Assembly: GCA_958009085.1 (NCBI GenBank)
Contig: OY253669.1
Location: 1,550,001-1,614,000 of the forward strand
From: Protoeuglena noctilucae
Taxonomy: Eukaryota
DNA length: 64,000 bases
Direction: 5' to 3'
A program made the translations under genes and the position numbers. Position 1 is the stretch's first letter. Each line of letters opens with the position of its first letter. Below the pieces are notes generated by a model, which was not told where the DNA came from, did not search any database, and saw nothing but the letters and a program-made list of their open reading frames with translations. Below are positions 11,498 through 23,597 of the stretch, in pieces.

Positions 11498-14040
11498 ATG
11501 CGTCTCTGGGGCCACATTGCGCGCCGCACATCAGGGTTATCTATCCGTGAAGTGGCTGCGTGTCGGTCGACGAGGGCATCGCGCCTCTCGCTCGGCTCCA
11601 GGGGTGCATCCTTCGCCCCTTCCTCGAGGCCCGAGGGTGGCATGTATGGACTTTTCGGCGCCAGCAGGTGACAGCTTTGTTGCGGATGGAGTCAGGGTTG
11701 TCACGCGGGCAAGCATCAGGGCCACCGCGGCTTTCGCCGGCCCCGCGTTCAGCCTGTGGCTGTCCTTGGCGCAGGTCGGGAACTCGCGGCGCCAATTCGG
11801 GCCGAACGCTTTTAGGAAGCATGGTTGCAGCGTTCGCGGCCGTGGCCTTCGGACCCGATAGCCGGGGCGACGAGCCCGGCGCCCCGCAAGTGGCGATCGT
11901 GACGACCGTCGGTTGCAAGTACTGCATCAAGACGAAGGCTGCGCTGCGTGACCAGGGCATTCCTTACCTGGAGATAGACCTGGACAAGTACCCGCGCGTC
12001 CTGAGCGCAGTCAAGGAGGCCACAGGGCTGCTAACTGTGCCCCAGGTAAGCGGCCCTGCCGCATCGCGCTCCCGGGTCGACCTCCCGGGCTCTGTGCGGA
12101 ACGCTTGACGCGTAAGCAATCTGTGCGTCTTCCGCAAGGTGTTTGTCAGCGGGCAGCTGGTGGGAGGGGCGGACGACACGCTCCAGGAGATCGAGAGCGG
12201 CGCGTTCAAGCAGCGCCTGGCCGGCGCCCGGCCGGATCCGCTGCCACCGGCAGTGCGACGAGTGTTGGAGGAGATGCAGGCCATGCCCACGGTGAGCCGC
12301 CTTCGAGAGAACGCCGCGGGCGGGGAGATGTTCTCATTCGCCATGTATTTGCCCGCCCCGCCGCCCCGCAGCCCACGGGCGAGGCGCCCCCGGGCCCGCT
12401 GTCGGATCCTGCAAAGACGCGGACGATGCTGGCGGCCAAGCAGGCCATCCGCGAAGGCTCGCTCGTCAGGGACGTTGCCCAGGGAGGGGGCGGGCTCTGG
12501 GGGCGTGGAGTGGTCCACACCAAATGCTTCCGGGCCTCAGAGGCCGCCAAACGACTCATCACGGCGCTTCCAGAGGTGAGCCCCGAGCTGCATGCGCCAC
12601 TTCCCCCGTGCCCCCGCGCTGGGCGACCATGGGACGATCCCCGCTGCCTGTGCTTGCAGGCGGTGCGGAGTGCTGAGGACGGGCTGGCGGTAATTGGGGA
12701 CATGTTGAAGGGGCGCATGCTCCAGGTGGTCGACAGGGGCAGCGGGCCGCGGGGAGGCGACGTGGGCGGCTACCTCTTGCGCTTTGCCGAGGACGCCCCT
12801 CCGCCCCAGCTGGGCGAGCCGCTCAATGCGCCCTTCACCTTCTCCACCGCCGCGCGCCCGGCCGTGCAAGTCTCCCAGGACCTCCGTCGGCAGGTCCTCA
12901 AGCTGTACGGGAAGTTCCTTTCGGAGGATGGCCGCAAGGGTGAGGCATGTGCACGGGACCTCGCCTGCCGCGTCGCACATCGCACACTCAGCCTGACGCT
13001 GGGTGACGTTGGGCGCAGCTCCCCTCGAGAAGCGAACGCGTATGCGCTAAATGCGTGTTCCATCGTGTCCCGCAGTCGACTACGCCGGGATGGGTCGTTC
13101 CCAGGAGTTTGCCGATTTTGTGGAGGCGTCTGCGGAGTTGCAGGCGGTGGACCCGTCGGGCCTGCCCGAGAACGAGCGAAAGGCCTTCTTCATCAACCTC
13201 TACAACATCATGATCGTGCACGCCAACGTGGTGATCGGGGCACCAAAGACGGCGTCGGACCGAATGCGCTTCTTCCCTGGAGTCAAGTACAACGTGGGTG
13301 GTCTGGTGTACTCTGCGGACGACATCGAACACGGCATCCTCCGATGCAACAGGCCCACGCCCGCCTCTCTGGTGAGGTCGCTCGCTGGATGGCACACAGG
13401 CCGCGCCAGCCTCACCCCCCGACCCCACGCTTGCCTACCGCCCCCGCACACGCACTCGCTCACCCCTGCGCGCAGTGGGCCCTGTTGGGCATGCCCCAAC
13501 GTGCGCGCCCGCTGCTGCCGCCAGGCGACCGCCGCTTGCACTGCATGCTGCACGCGCCCGTTGACCCTCGTATCCACTTCGCCCTGGTGTGCGGCGCCAA
13601 GAGCTGCCCGCCCATCCGGGTCTTCGACGGCGGCAACGTGGACCGCGCCCTCGCCGCGGCTGCCGAGGGGTTCTTGGAGAACGAAACGCAAGTGGACGAG
13701 CGCGCCGGGGTCGTCACCACGAGCATGATCCTCAAGGCGAGAGCCGCGTCGCACATGACTCACCTCACATTTCTCAGGGCATCCGTATGGTTTCGACTGG
13801 TCGTGAGTGCCGTCCGCTCACCCCATGCGCCATTGCTCGCGGCCCACCCCACCCCTGTCTCTATTGCCTGCGCAGTGGTATGGGTTCGACTTTGGGCAGA
13901 CGAAGGAGGAGGTGCTGCGGGCCATGGCCAAGCTCATGCGCGAGGGATCGGAGAAGCGCGCGGCGCTGGAGAGGATGCTGGCGAACAAGACCAACGTGAC
14001 CCTCAAGCACGCACCGTACGACTGGGGCGTCAACTCATGA
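11498..14040 (+). CDS. Glutaredoxin + DEP-like region + DUF547 domain protein, with a possible organellar presequence
   Basis: Grx motifs GCKYC and TVPQ|VFVSGQLVGGADD. DUF547 motifs ERKAFFINLYN, YSADDIEHGILRCN, DPRIHFALVCGAKSCPPI, SMILK|WYGFDFG and YDWGVN. The start is approximate. Confidence 0.85.
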
Positions 14041-14169
14041 GCCGTCGCGGTGTCCCTGTGCTGTCTGTCCCCGTGCTGTCTAGAGTCGCTGTGTTGAACA
14101 GCTTCAAGTGCCGTTGAACACCACGAGACGCCCGCCAAGCCGCGCGGGCATCAGACAGGGCAGGGCAAA

Positions 14170-15623
14170 TCAACTGGCGGTGGGGAAAAGAGCCTCGACA
14201 AAGGCCTCAGGGTCAAAGAGCTGCAGATCCTCAATGCCCTCCCCCACGCCCACGAACTTCACGGGCACGCCCAGCTGGTCCACCACAGACACCACCGCGC
14301 CGCCCCTGGCCGTGCCGTCCAGCTTGGTCAGAACCAGGCCGGTCAGGCCGACCGCCTCGTGGAACTCCTTCGCCTGGTTGATCATGTTGAGCCCCGTGGT
14401 GCCGTCCAGCACGAGCAGCACCTCCTCCGGCGCCCCGTCCTGCGCCCGCCCGATGGCGCGCTTGCACCCCGTCAGCTCGCTCATGAGCCCCTCGTTCGTG
14501 TGCAGGCGCCCAGACGTGTCGCACACCACCACGTCCACCTTGTCCGCCTGCGCCTTCTTGACCGCGTCAAACATCACCCCGCTCGGCTTCGTCCCCGGCT
14601 TGTACTCGGCCATCACCGCCCCTGCCCGATCGGCCCATGTCTTGAGCTGCTCCGCCGCGGCAGCACGGAACGTGTCGCCTGGCACCACCATCACCGACGC
14701 CCCCGAAGCCACGAGACGACTCGCCAGCTTTCCGATCGTCGTGGTCTTGCCGCCCCTGCGGCAGCCAGGGCAACAGGGCAACATAGGACGGACCGGCAGC
14801 CCCATCCCGCCTACCCAGTACCCGCATTAAGAGGCACCCGGCGCTCACCCGTTGACCCCCACGACGAAGACGATTCCGGGGCTCTGCGTCAGCTGCAGGT
14901 CCGAGGAGCTCTTGGCGCTCCGCAGCACGTCCACAATCGACGCCTTCAGTGCCGTCTTAATCGCCTCCCCCGTCTTTAGCTTCCCCGACAGAACCTCTTC
15001 CCGAATGCCGTCCACGATCTGCAGATGCAAACTGCATTGCGTCTCGCCCCGCATCTCGGGGCGGCCAACGTCGCGCGCTTGTGGGAGAGGTCGGCTCGCC
15101 TTGAGTGCCGTGGTCGGCCCAAAGTCCGCCGTGATGAGCGCATCCTCGAGCTCCTCCAGGGTGTCGTCCGCGTCCTCCAGAGTCCAATACGCGAGGAGCT
15201 CGTCCACTACCGACAGTCTCTCGCGCGTCTTCTCGGTTCCACCCACTGCAGTGAGGCACGCTTGGTCGATCGCATCACCCGTCTCGTCCCGGCTTGGGCG
15301 CTATTCTTCCGGAACGCGCTGGGTCACCTAGCCTGCTGAAGTCCCTCTGAGCCTTCTCCTTGAGCGTTCGCGTGATCTTCTGGAAGATATTTGCAGACCC
15401 CGCCTGCGTCTGGGCGCGGCAGACCACCCGGCCGGAACTAGCCGCCCTCCCCCGCCCCTGTGGAAGCATCAACACGGATATGCTCATAAACGTGACAGTG
15501 CGAGCCCGATTGCAGCGTACAGGTGGAACACAGCGTCCCGGCGCGGCTGGGATCGCCTACACAGCAATCAAAGGCAGAGGAGCGGCCAGGGGCAACCAAT
15601 GCGATTTGATTGCGTGAACTCAT
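14170..15623 (-). CDS. ftsY: Chloroplast SRP receptor cpFtsY
   Basis: ELEDALITADFGP, VGVNG|GGKTTTIGKLA, GDTFRAAA, DTSGRLHTN, LDGTTGLN, TKLDGTARGG and GVGEGIEDLQLFD. The N-terminus is transit-peptide-like (VVCRA). Exon 1 is approximate. Confidence 0.95.
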
Positions 15624-16094
15624 GCATAGTGAGTCAATGATGCAATGGGTGCCGGGGGAGTATCGCTTGGAGACACGCCGAGGTCGCGACGGGGCGCTGA
15701 TATCCGGTTAGCTGCGGAACAGGCCTGCCGGTGCGATGCTGGGGAGACGCACCTGCAGTTGGGCGCGAAGCGCATGCGACATGGTCGAACACGACGCCGA
15801 CATGGTTTCGGCCCTTGTGTGCGCTCGCGCGCAGAGGCCCGTCGCTGCAAAGCAAGACCTTGTTTTCTAGAGGAACGAAACAGCGATGACCTGTGCCTCG
15901 CTGTCGCAACGGTCCAGATGCTCGTTGTCGACGCGACGCGCTGCATTTGAACGGTCGGCGGCGAGCGTAAGGGCGTGCCAGACATAGCTGTGTCACCGCC
16001 CCCACAATTTGCTGAATGCGCGACATACGAAGGCAAAGAGGCTTTGCGCAGCGTCATGAGGAGACTGTGAATATCGGGAGCTCGGGGGCCGGCC

Positions 16095-17638
16095 ATGTCG
16101 GTGCGCACATGCGCCGCACTGGCCGGACTTCACTTCGCGAGAGTGCCGTTGCGCTGCCGAGGGCTCCTCGGCTGGCCCTCCCTGTTCCAGACGCTCAGAG
16201 AGCGCATCTCAAAGCGCGCACTTAGTGGCGACGACGCCCCATCCACGAGCACGGAGGGCGACGATGCGCCGGGGGTCACGGTCGTCCATCTCGACTCTCT
16301 CACTATCCGGTGCGTCCTGGACGCCGCCATGCCGCTGGCGAATGCACTGCGTAAAGTGTAACGCACTGAGATGCATTGGGACGATTAGCTCCCCCTGCAT
16401 TCCGCAGCATCAACCGGGAGAGCCTGCCGCCGGGCTTGTACGTGGTGGGAACTCCCATAGGCAACCTGGCTGACATATCTCTACGGGCCCTGTGCATTCT
16501 CAAGTCCTGCGACGTCATCCTGGCCGAGGACACGAGGCACAGCAGGAAGCTCCTCAACCGCTACGGCATTCGCGCGGAGGTGGTGTCCTTCCACGAGCAC
16601 AACAAGCATGCCCGGGAGGCACCGGTCATCCAGCGCCTCCAGGCGGGCCAGGCGGCAGGTGACAAAGCTGCTTTTAGTGAATAACAGGCAGCTCCCTTGA
16701 GCAGAGGTGTTGCACGGCCTGGTGCCGTCTCTGTCGTCTCTGCCTGGCCCTCCCTTGCGGCCCTGACCAGGTCCCGACACCCCGCCCGCAGCCCTGATCA
16801 GCGACGCCGGGATGCCGGGCATCAGCGACCCCGGGAGCTCCCTCGTGGCCGCGTGCGTGCTGCACGGCATCGACGTCGTCCCCATCCCCGGCCCCTGCGC
16901 CGCCGTCGCCGCCCTCGTCGCCTCGGGCCTTCCCACGGACGACTTTCGCTTCGTCGGGTTCCTCCCCGCCAAGTCCCCCGCGCGCCGCAAGGCCCTCGGG
17001 GCCCTCCGGCAGGACCCCGCCACTCTCGTCGTGTACGTCTCACCCCACTCGGCTCTTGCCGTGCTCGCGGACGTGGCTGCGGAGCTGGGGGCGGATCGCA
17101 GGGTGTCGCTGGGGAGGGAGCTGACGAAGGTGCACGAAACGCACGTGCGGGGGACGGTGGCGGACGTGCTGCAGAGGCTGCAGGACGGTGGTGACGTCAA
17201 GGTGAGGTGCACGGATGCATGGCGCGTGGTCATGGGACGGGGCACAGGGCTGTGGTAGGCAAGCGCATGCATGTGAGACATGGCTGACGTTGCAATCGCT
17301 CCCAGGGAGAGCTGACGCTGGTGGTGGAGGGCGCACCTCGCGACGAGGCAGGCGGTGCGGGCATGACGCAGGAAGAGCGAGAGGCGGCGCTGGCGGCCCA
17401 AATAAGGCGAGAGTGGGCACGGGTCGCGGCAGCCATGTGCAGGGCGGCCCGAGTCGCAGCCACATGGGGTGGCATGTTCGACTGACCGTGCCGTGCATCG
17501 GTCGCTTGCAGGGCCGCATTGGAGTCCGGGCAGTCGCCTTCCGCTGCCGCCAAGTCCGCGGCGCGAGAGCTGCCGTGGGCCAAGCGCAACCACGCGTACG
17601 AGACGGCCGTGCGGCTGTCTCAGGAGCAGCCCAGCTGA
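16095..17638 (+). CDS. rsmI: Organellar 16S rRNA (cytidine1402-2'-O)-methyltransferase RsmI/YraL
   Basis: LYVVGTPIGNLADISLRA, ILAEDTRHS, ALISDAGMPGISDPG, PIPGPCA, GRELTKVHE and K|GELTLVVEG, plus an N-terminal presequence. Confidence 0.93.
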
Positions 17639-18015
17639 CGCACGGGATCTGGCGTTTGAAACGGAGCCGGGGCTCACGGTCGCCAGAGAGCGAGGGCTGC
17701 GCGGCGGCGCTGACTCGGCCCGCGTGCGCAGGAGCCGGGCGCTTACAGACGATGCCGCAAGGATGGAGCTTTGTAGGGACTAGCAAGGCATTCGGGGCGA
17801 AGCGTGGCCCCGTGCTGTGAACGGACCTATCACGACGGCTGGCCTCTGAGCTGGTAAAGAAGAACCCCTGAAAAGAGGCGGGAGCGGGCCTTTGTAGCTT
17901 GCGCTGCATGGACGGGGGCAGGCCTGCAGTCCGCCTTTGAAAAAGCGAACGAGGGCGGCGTGCGTCCTCTTGATGGGTGTGACGGCCCATCCGCAGCTGC
18001 GTGGATGACCGTTCC

Positions 18016-21000
18016 TTAGGCCGGGGCCGGGATGGGCAGAGACGCCAGGGAGCTGTCGCCTGCCTCGGCCGCCAGCGTCTGCGGCAAGGGTGGAGAAGAA
18101 GCGTGTCGGGTGGGTGGGTGGCGTAGGGAACAGAAAAGCAGCACAGGGCACGTCACGTGTCCGCGTGAGCAACAAAAACCGTTCTCTTTCATGCAAGCTG
18201 CATGCGGGGCAGTGAGCCTCCCTGGGCTCAGCCGCACCCGTGCGTAACTGCCAATGGTTCCCCGCCCCTTGTCAGGCTCTCACCTTGGCCTCCTTCTTGA
18301 TGGCTCGCGACAGGATAGGATCCTCGTGGTGCGTCAGCTCCTTGATGTGCTGCCTGCGGAATGCGTCCATGGTCGCCGCGACCTCGTCGGCCGGCATGGA
18401 CAGCTCACGCAGCACCGCCGCCGCCAGCTGCAGCGACGGCTCCAAAGTCTCCGGGACCACCGCGGAGGCGCCGGCCTTCTCGAGGATGACGCCGTGGTCG
18501 ACGTCGCGGGCCCGGACGTACGTCTTGATCTTGGGGAAATTCTTGGCGAGCGTGTAGACGGTCCGGTAGTTGGCGCCGGGGCTGTCGAGCGCCACGACCG
18601 CGCACGCGGCGCGCTCCCCGCCGACGGCGTGCAGCACCGCGGCGCTGCCGGCGTCGCCGAAGTAGACGGGCAGGTCGAGCTGGCGGCCGGCGGCGACGCG
18701 GTCGGAGCGGACGTCGAGCGCCACGAACGGGATGAGGCGCTCCGAGAGCACCTGGGCGATGATCTGGCCGATGCGGCCGAACCCGCAGATGATGACGTGG
18801 TTGGTCAGGTCGTTCGTCTCCGACTCGCTCGGCTGGAGGTCCTTGACGTCCGACTTGGTCTCGAAACGGTCGGCGATCATGCCCCCGACGGCCGCGATGT
18901 AGGGCGTGATGGCCATGGAGAGCGCCGTGACGCAGAAGAGGATGTTGGAGATCTCCGGGGCCAGGATGCCGCGCGCCACGGCGTCGCCCAGGGCCACGAA
19001 GGCGAACTCGCCCCCGGGGCCGAGGTACGTGCCGGCCCGGAAGGCAGCGAGCTTGGACATGCCGACGGCCGGGGCGATGGCGACCATGACGGCCACCTTG
19101 CCGACGACGAGCGCGGCGACGCCGCCGAGGACCGTGGCCCACTTGGCGGCCAGCAGCCGCGGGGGTATCTCCATGCCGACCGTCATGAAGAAGAGTCCAA
19201 GGAGGAGGCCGCGGTACGGGGCGATGTCCGACTCGACCTGGAGCGAGTACTCGGTCTCGGCGAGGAGGAGCCCCGCGAGGAAAGCCCCGAGGGCCAGCGA
19301 GAGGCCGAACATCTGCGTGAGCTCGGCCGTGCCCAGGCAGACCAGGAGCGTCGTGGCGGCGAAGATCTCCGCGTTGCCGGTCGAGGCGATGGCGCGGTAG
19401 AGCGGACGCATCAGGAGGCGGCCGCCGGCGATGATGGCGGCGATGCAGACCATGGCCTTGAGGGTGGCGACCCCCAGGGCGCTGGCAATCTTGGTCAGCG
19501 GCACGGCGCCGCCCCCGGGCTGGGGCGCCAGGAGCGGGATGAGCATCAGGATCATCACCACGGCCAGGTCCTGCAGCAGAAGCACCGAGAAGGTGGCGCG
19601 GCCGTGCTTGGCACCTGCACAGAGCGGGGGACAGAGAGGGGGTGTGAGTGGGGGCTACCGACGCGTGCTGTGCTAGCTCATGCGTCTGGAAGGTGCAGAG
19701 AAGGCGGTGGTCAGGGATGCGAGCGGCAGGGCAGCCGCGTAGGTGGAGCGATGGTGCATGTGAGCGTTGGCTGGCAGTGACACGGCCAGGCGGCTCACCC
19801 GACTCCCCGCGGTCTTGGAGGACCTGGAGGGCGATGGCCGTGGAGGAGAGCGCGAGCGCGGAACCCACGACGATAGACGCCGGGCCGCTGACGGCGCCAG
19901 CGCTCGCGAGCGTGACGGCCACGGCAATGGCCGCCGTGGAGATGGCGACCTGCAGGGACCCGAGCCCGAAGACGAACTTGCCCATGGACTGCAGGCGCTC
20001 CAGTGAAAGCTCGAGGCCGATGTGGAAGAGGAGGAACACGACACCGAGCTCCGCGATGTGCTTGGTGACGTGGACGTGCGAGACCATGCCGGTGCTGTAG
20101 GGCCCGATGAGGGCGCCGCCCAGGAGGAATCCGAGCACCGGGGATCCCCCGGGGATCTTGGTCATCAAGGGCACGGTGAGGATGGACGTGGCCAGGAGGA
20201 CCAGGACGTCGCGGAATCCCGACTCGATGACGGGGATCGGCACGCGCGCCACGACGCCGGCCGCGCGCGTCGCGAGCTCGGAGAAGGCGGCGCCCAGGCC
20301 GGAGAACCAGTGGGCGCGCTGCGCAAGCACCGCGAACCCCAGCATGGCCACCGCGGACGCCACCGCCACCAGCCACCGGTTCCGCGCGAACCACGCGGCG
20401 ACAGCCTCGAAGGCGTCCTCGACGTCACCGCCCTGCCCGCTCGAGAAGAAGCTCGCCGCCATATACCGGGAGCTCTTGGGCGCCTGGGCCATCTTGCCCG
20501 ACGGCGTCGGGGACGGGGACGTTGGCAACTCCACGTCACCGTCCACCCGGTCCGCGGAGCCCTCGCCCGCGCGCTGCGGAGTTAAAGGATAGGACGGGGC
20601 AGGTGAGCACACAGGGCAGCGCGTGGAGCGGCGCAGGTGCGGACCCGCCCGCCCCACGTCATCCGCCCGTGCGACTTTCTTGCTTTGACTCTCACCTCTT
20701 CTGCCACGCTCTGCGCCGCGGCGGATGGCGTCTCCACCTCCCTCCCCTGCCCCTGCCCCGCCTGCAGCTTCGCCATGATCGCCTGTGCCTGTTCCAAGTC
20801 CTCCCTCACTTCCCAGGCCTTCGTCTGCGCCGCCAACTCCGCCGCGACGGCGTTCTCGGTGGCCTTCATGGCGGCCGCCGCCATCTCGTCCACTTTGCTG
20901 GCCGACGCTGCGAGGGTGCGAGGGAGCAGCAGTTGCACACCGAACCGCGCTTTCACGACCAACAGGGCCAAGCCATCGTGCGGAAAGCGAGCACATATCA

Positions 21001-22571
21001 TCGTGTCCGAAGCGCAGTCGACTCACAGCTCCGCTCCGCTCCCCGCAGTCAGCTTTGATTACGGTAAAGGTTGCCGACCACCCAGCACAGCATCCCTCAC
21101 CTGATGCTGCGTCCACCCACGCCTCCAGCTCCCGGATCCGGCCCTCTGCCTCCTCCTTCCGCCTCGACAACGCCTCCAGCCGGTCCTGCGAGCGCAGAGC
21201 CAACCATGTCGCTCCCTTAACACCTACCCCACCCAGCGCACCTGCGCTGCCGCGTGGCATGGCTGGCCGCGCACCAGCCCCTCGGACAGCTCCCTCTCGC
21301 ACTCGGCGATCGCCGCGGTCATCGCGTCCACTTCAACCGTCTTTGGCTCCCACTCTTCCTCCTTAGACCCCTCGCCCTTGCCCCCCGCCCCCGCCTGCGT
21401 CGCTGTCGACTCCGCCTGCTTCCCATCCGCATCCTTCTCCTTCTCCCTCTCCTTCTCCCTCTCTTGCAACTGCTGCAGCTGCTGCTCCTTCTGCGACCAG
21501 TGGGGCAGCACAGGCCGTCCTGCCCACGCCCTCCCTGCCTAGCGCAATGTGTAGCACCAATGCAACGTCGGCCCGCCCCCCAGCTTGCCTTGGCGAGCGC
21601 GGCTCGGGCCTTGGAGAGGCGTAACGGCAGCTTCTGCACCTCCGCTTCCGTAGCCACCTCCTCATCGCAGAGCTGCTTGAATGCTGCCCGCGCCTCCTCC
21701 AGCTGCCGCACCACGGCGTCGCGCGCTTCCAAAGCCTCCACGGCTCTGCGTTGGATCACAAAAGCCCGCTCGCGCGAGCCTCGCTCCGCGCGGGAAGCAG
21801 CCATGGGCTCCATCTGCCGCCGCCCTCACCTCTGCGCCACCTCCTGCGCCTCCGCCTCCAGCGCTTCCCGAAGCCCCGCGGCCTCTTCCACCGACCTCTC
21901 CGACACAAGCAGGTTCTCCTCCAGGCCCGCGATGCGCTTCTCGAGCTTGGCAATCAAGTCGCTGCGCGTCGCCGAGTCCTGCGCACCGAGAAAGGTTCTA
22001 GGTGGGCGGAGGAGGTCCGTCGCGTGTTTATTATAGCATCCATAACATGCAGGTGGAACATTCCATGCGTCGACCTCGCTGCGGGGGCCCCCTTGGGGAA
22101 GCAGGCATCACGGCACTGCGTGGTCCACAATTTGCGTCCCCGAGCATCTTTCGGCCGTTGGATGCACAGGACCTGTCGCTTCCATCCCGATGTCCGTCAC
22201 CTTGGAGTCCTCCTCGATGACTTGGATCAGGGGCAGCGGTTCCACCTCGTGCGCCTCGCCACCGTCCCCCTCGGCGTGCGCGACGCGACCGCGCCGCAGG
22301 GGGGGCATCCTGCAGAGTCACGCACATACGTACGGCGTCACGGGCAAATGCGGCCCCTGCTCTGACTTTGATGCGGCGCCACGCCCCCCGCCGCGAGATG
22401 CCCGCAGCGCCTGTGTGCTCACCTCCACGAGGGGCAGCATGGCTGGTTCCGCGATGCATCCCTGACAACTCCATGAAGCGGCTGGGGCCGCTGGCTCCGA
22501 ACAACGGCCCGCCGCCTCGCGCTGGCGGTCAGGGGCGCCGGGAGGCCGGCGCCCCTCGCAAAGCGCTGCAT
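18016..22571 (-). CDS. KEA1: Chloroplast envelope K+/H+ efflux antiporter KEA1/KEA2-like (coiled coil, CPA2 domain, KTN domain)
   Basis: Long coiled-coil N-terminus, then IPGGSPVLGFLLGG, AELGVVFLLFHIGLELSLERL, LLLQDLAVV, QVESDIAPYRGLLLGLFFMTVG and HVIICGFGRIGQ (KTN). The start is approximate. Confidence 0.94.
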
Positions 22572-22856
22572 CCTGTCAAGCCAACGCAGCGCGTCGCATG
22601 AGGGAGGTATCAAAAGGGTAGTTCTCTCGATGGATTGCTGTGGGGGATGGCGGACCGTGAAGATCGCTGGAGTCTGGCGCGGCCGGTCAGTCTGACACAC
22701 CGTGGGACACACGGCCTGCGCCCTGCCTCGCGGGTTCGCTTAATTCGTCGCCAACACGCAGCGTCGTCGCGACCGGGGGTCCCCTGCATCGTCATCCGAG
22801 CTGGTCCTTGATCCCCGCGACTCCAGCGCAACACGTCCGCTGCACTTCATCCTGAG

Positions 22857-23506
22857 ATGGCGTTCGGCATTCGCGCTCCTCTCTGTAAGGGCCCGGGGAC
22901 GAGGGCAAGGACGGTGCGGTGTTCAGCAGGTGAAGCCCACGCGGCGTCACGAACTCCTCCCTTCACGCGAGCGGGAGCGTGGTGGACGCTCGTCTGTAAG
23001 CCCATTGTTCGCGATCGCTCCTCCTCCTGCTCGGCAACTGCTCTGGCAGCCCCGCACGGCGCCGCAGGGACGATTGGCCCCGGGGCAAAGGTGCGGGTCA
23101 CGTCGCCGACCACCGTGTTCCACGTGCCCAAGCAAAAGAGCGGACTGCAACTCGAGGTGAGATGCGTCTGTGGCCGCGTCCATCGGCCGCCTCGCCCCGC
23201 CCCTGCCGCGCGGGAGGCCCCTGGATGTTTCGCGGCGCCGTCACGGATGGACACCGCGACTCCGCAGGGGATGGTCGGGGAGGTCGTGGAGCGAGCGGAC
23301 CTGTACGATGGCAAGCAGCTGTCTGCAAATCTGCCCTTGAAGGTGCACGCGGGGCCCCGAGCAGCACAGTAGTGCCAGGGCCCAACTGCGGGGACTGAAA
23401 CGCGCTCGGGAGTGGGTCCTCGCAGGTTTCTTTCGAGTTTGACGACGGCGGCAAGAAGATCAAGTTCATCGCGCACGTGGCTGAGCACGAAGTCGAGCTG
23501 TGCTAG
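22857..23506 (+). CDS. ftrV: Ferredoxin-thioredoxin reductase variable chain (4 exons)
   Basis: Transit peptide ending VRCSA, then GAKVRVTSPTTVFHVPK, LE|GMVGEV, SANLPLK|VSF and KFIAHVAEHEVEL*. Confidence 0.9.
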
Positions 23507-23597
23507 TGTGTCTTCCCGGTTCTTCCCCACCCTGCCTACGGCGCGCCCGGCGCTGCGGCGATCGCCCTGCATTCAATGGTCTCGCTCCCCGTCAACG

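Noticed and set aside
14170..17638. Bacterial-like ftsY and rsmI as contamination or an operon
   Set aside because: Both have spliceosomal introns and presequences and are standard nuclear-encoded organelle genes.
18254..21302. Very long ORFs, e.g. 965 aa at 18405-21302 (-) and 508 aa at 18254-19780 (+)
   Set aside because: These are exon-plus-intron read-throughs or antisense shadows of KEA1, caused by stop-codon scarcity at high GC. The same applies to most Arg/Pro/Ala-rich ORFs in the track.
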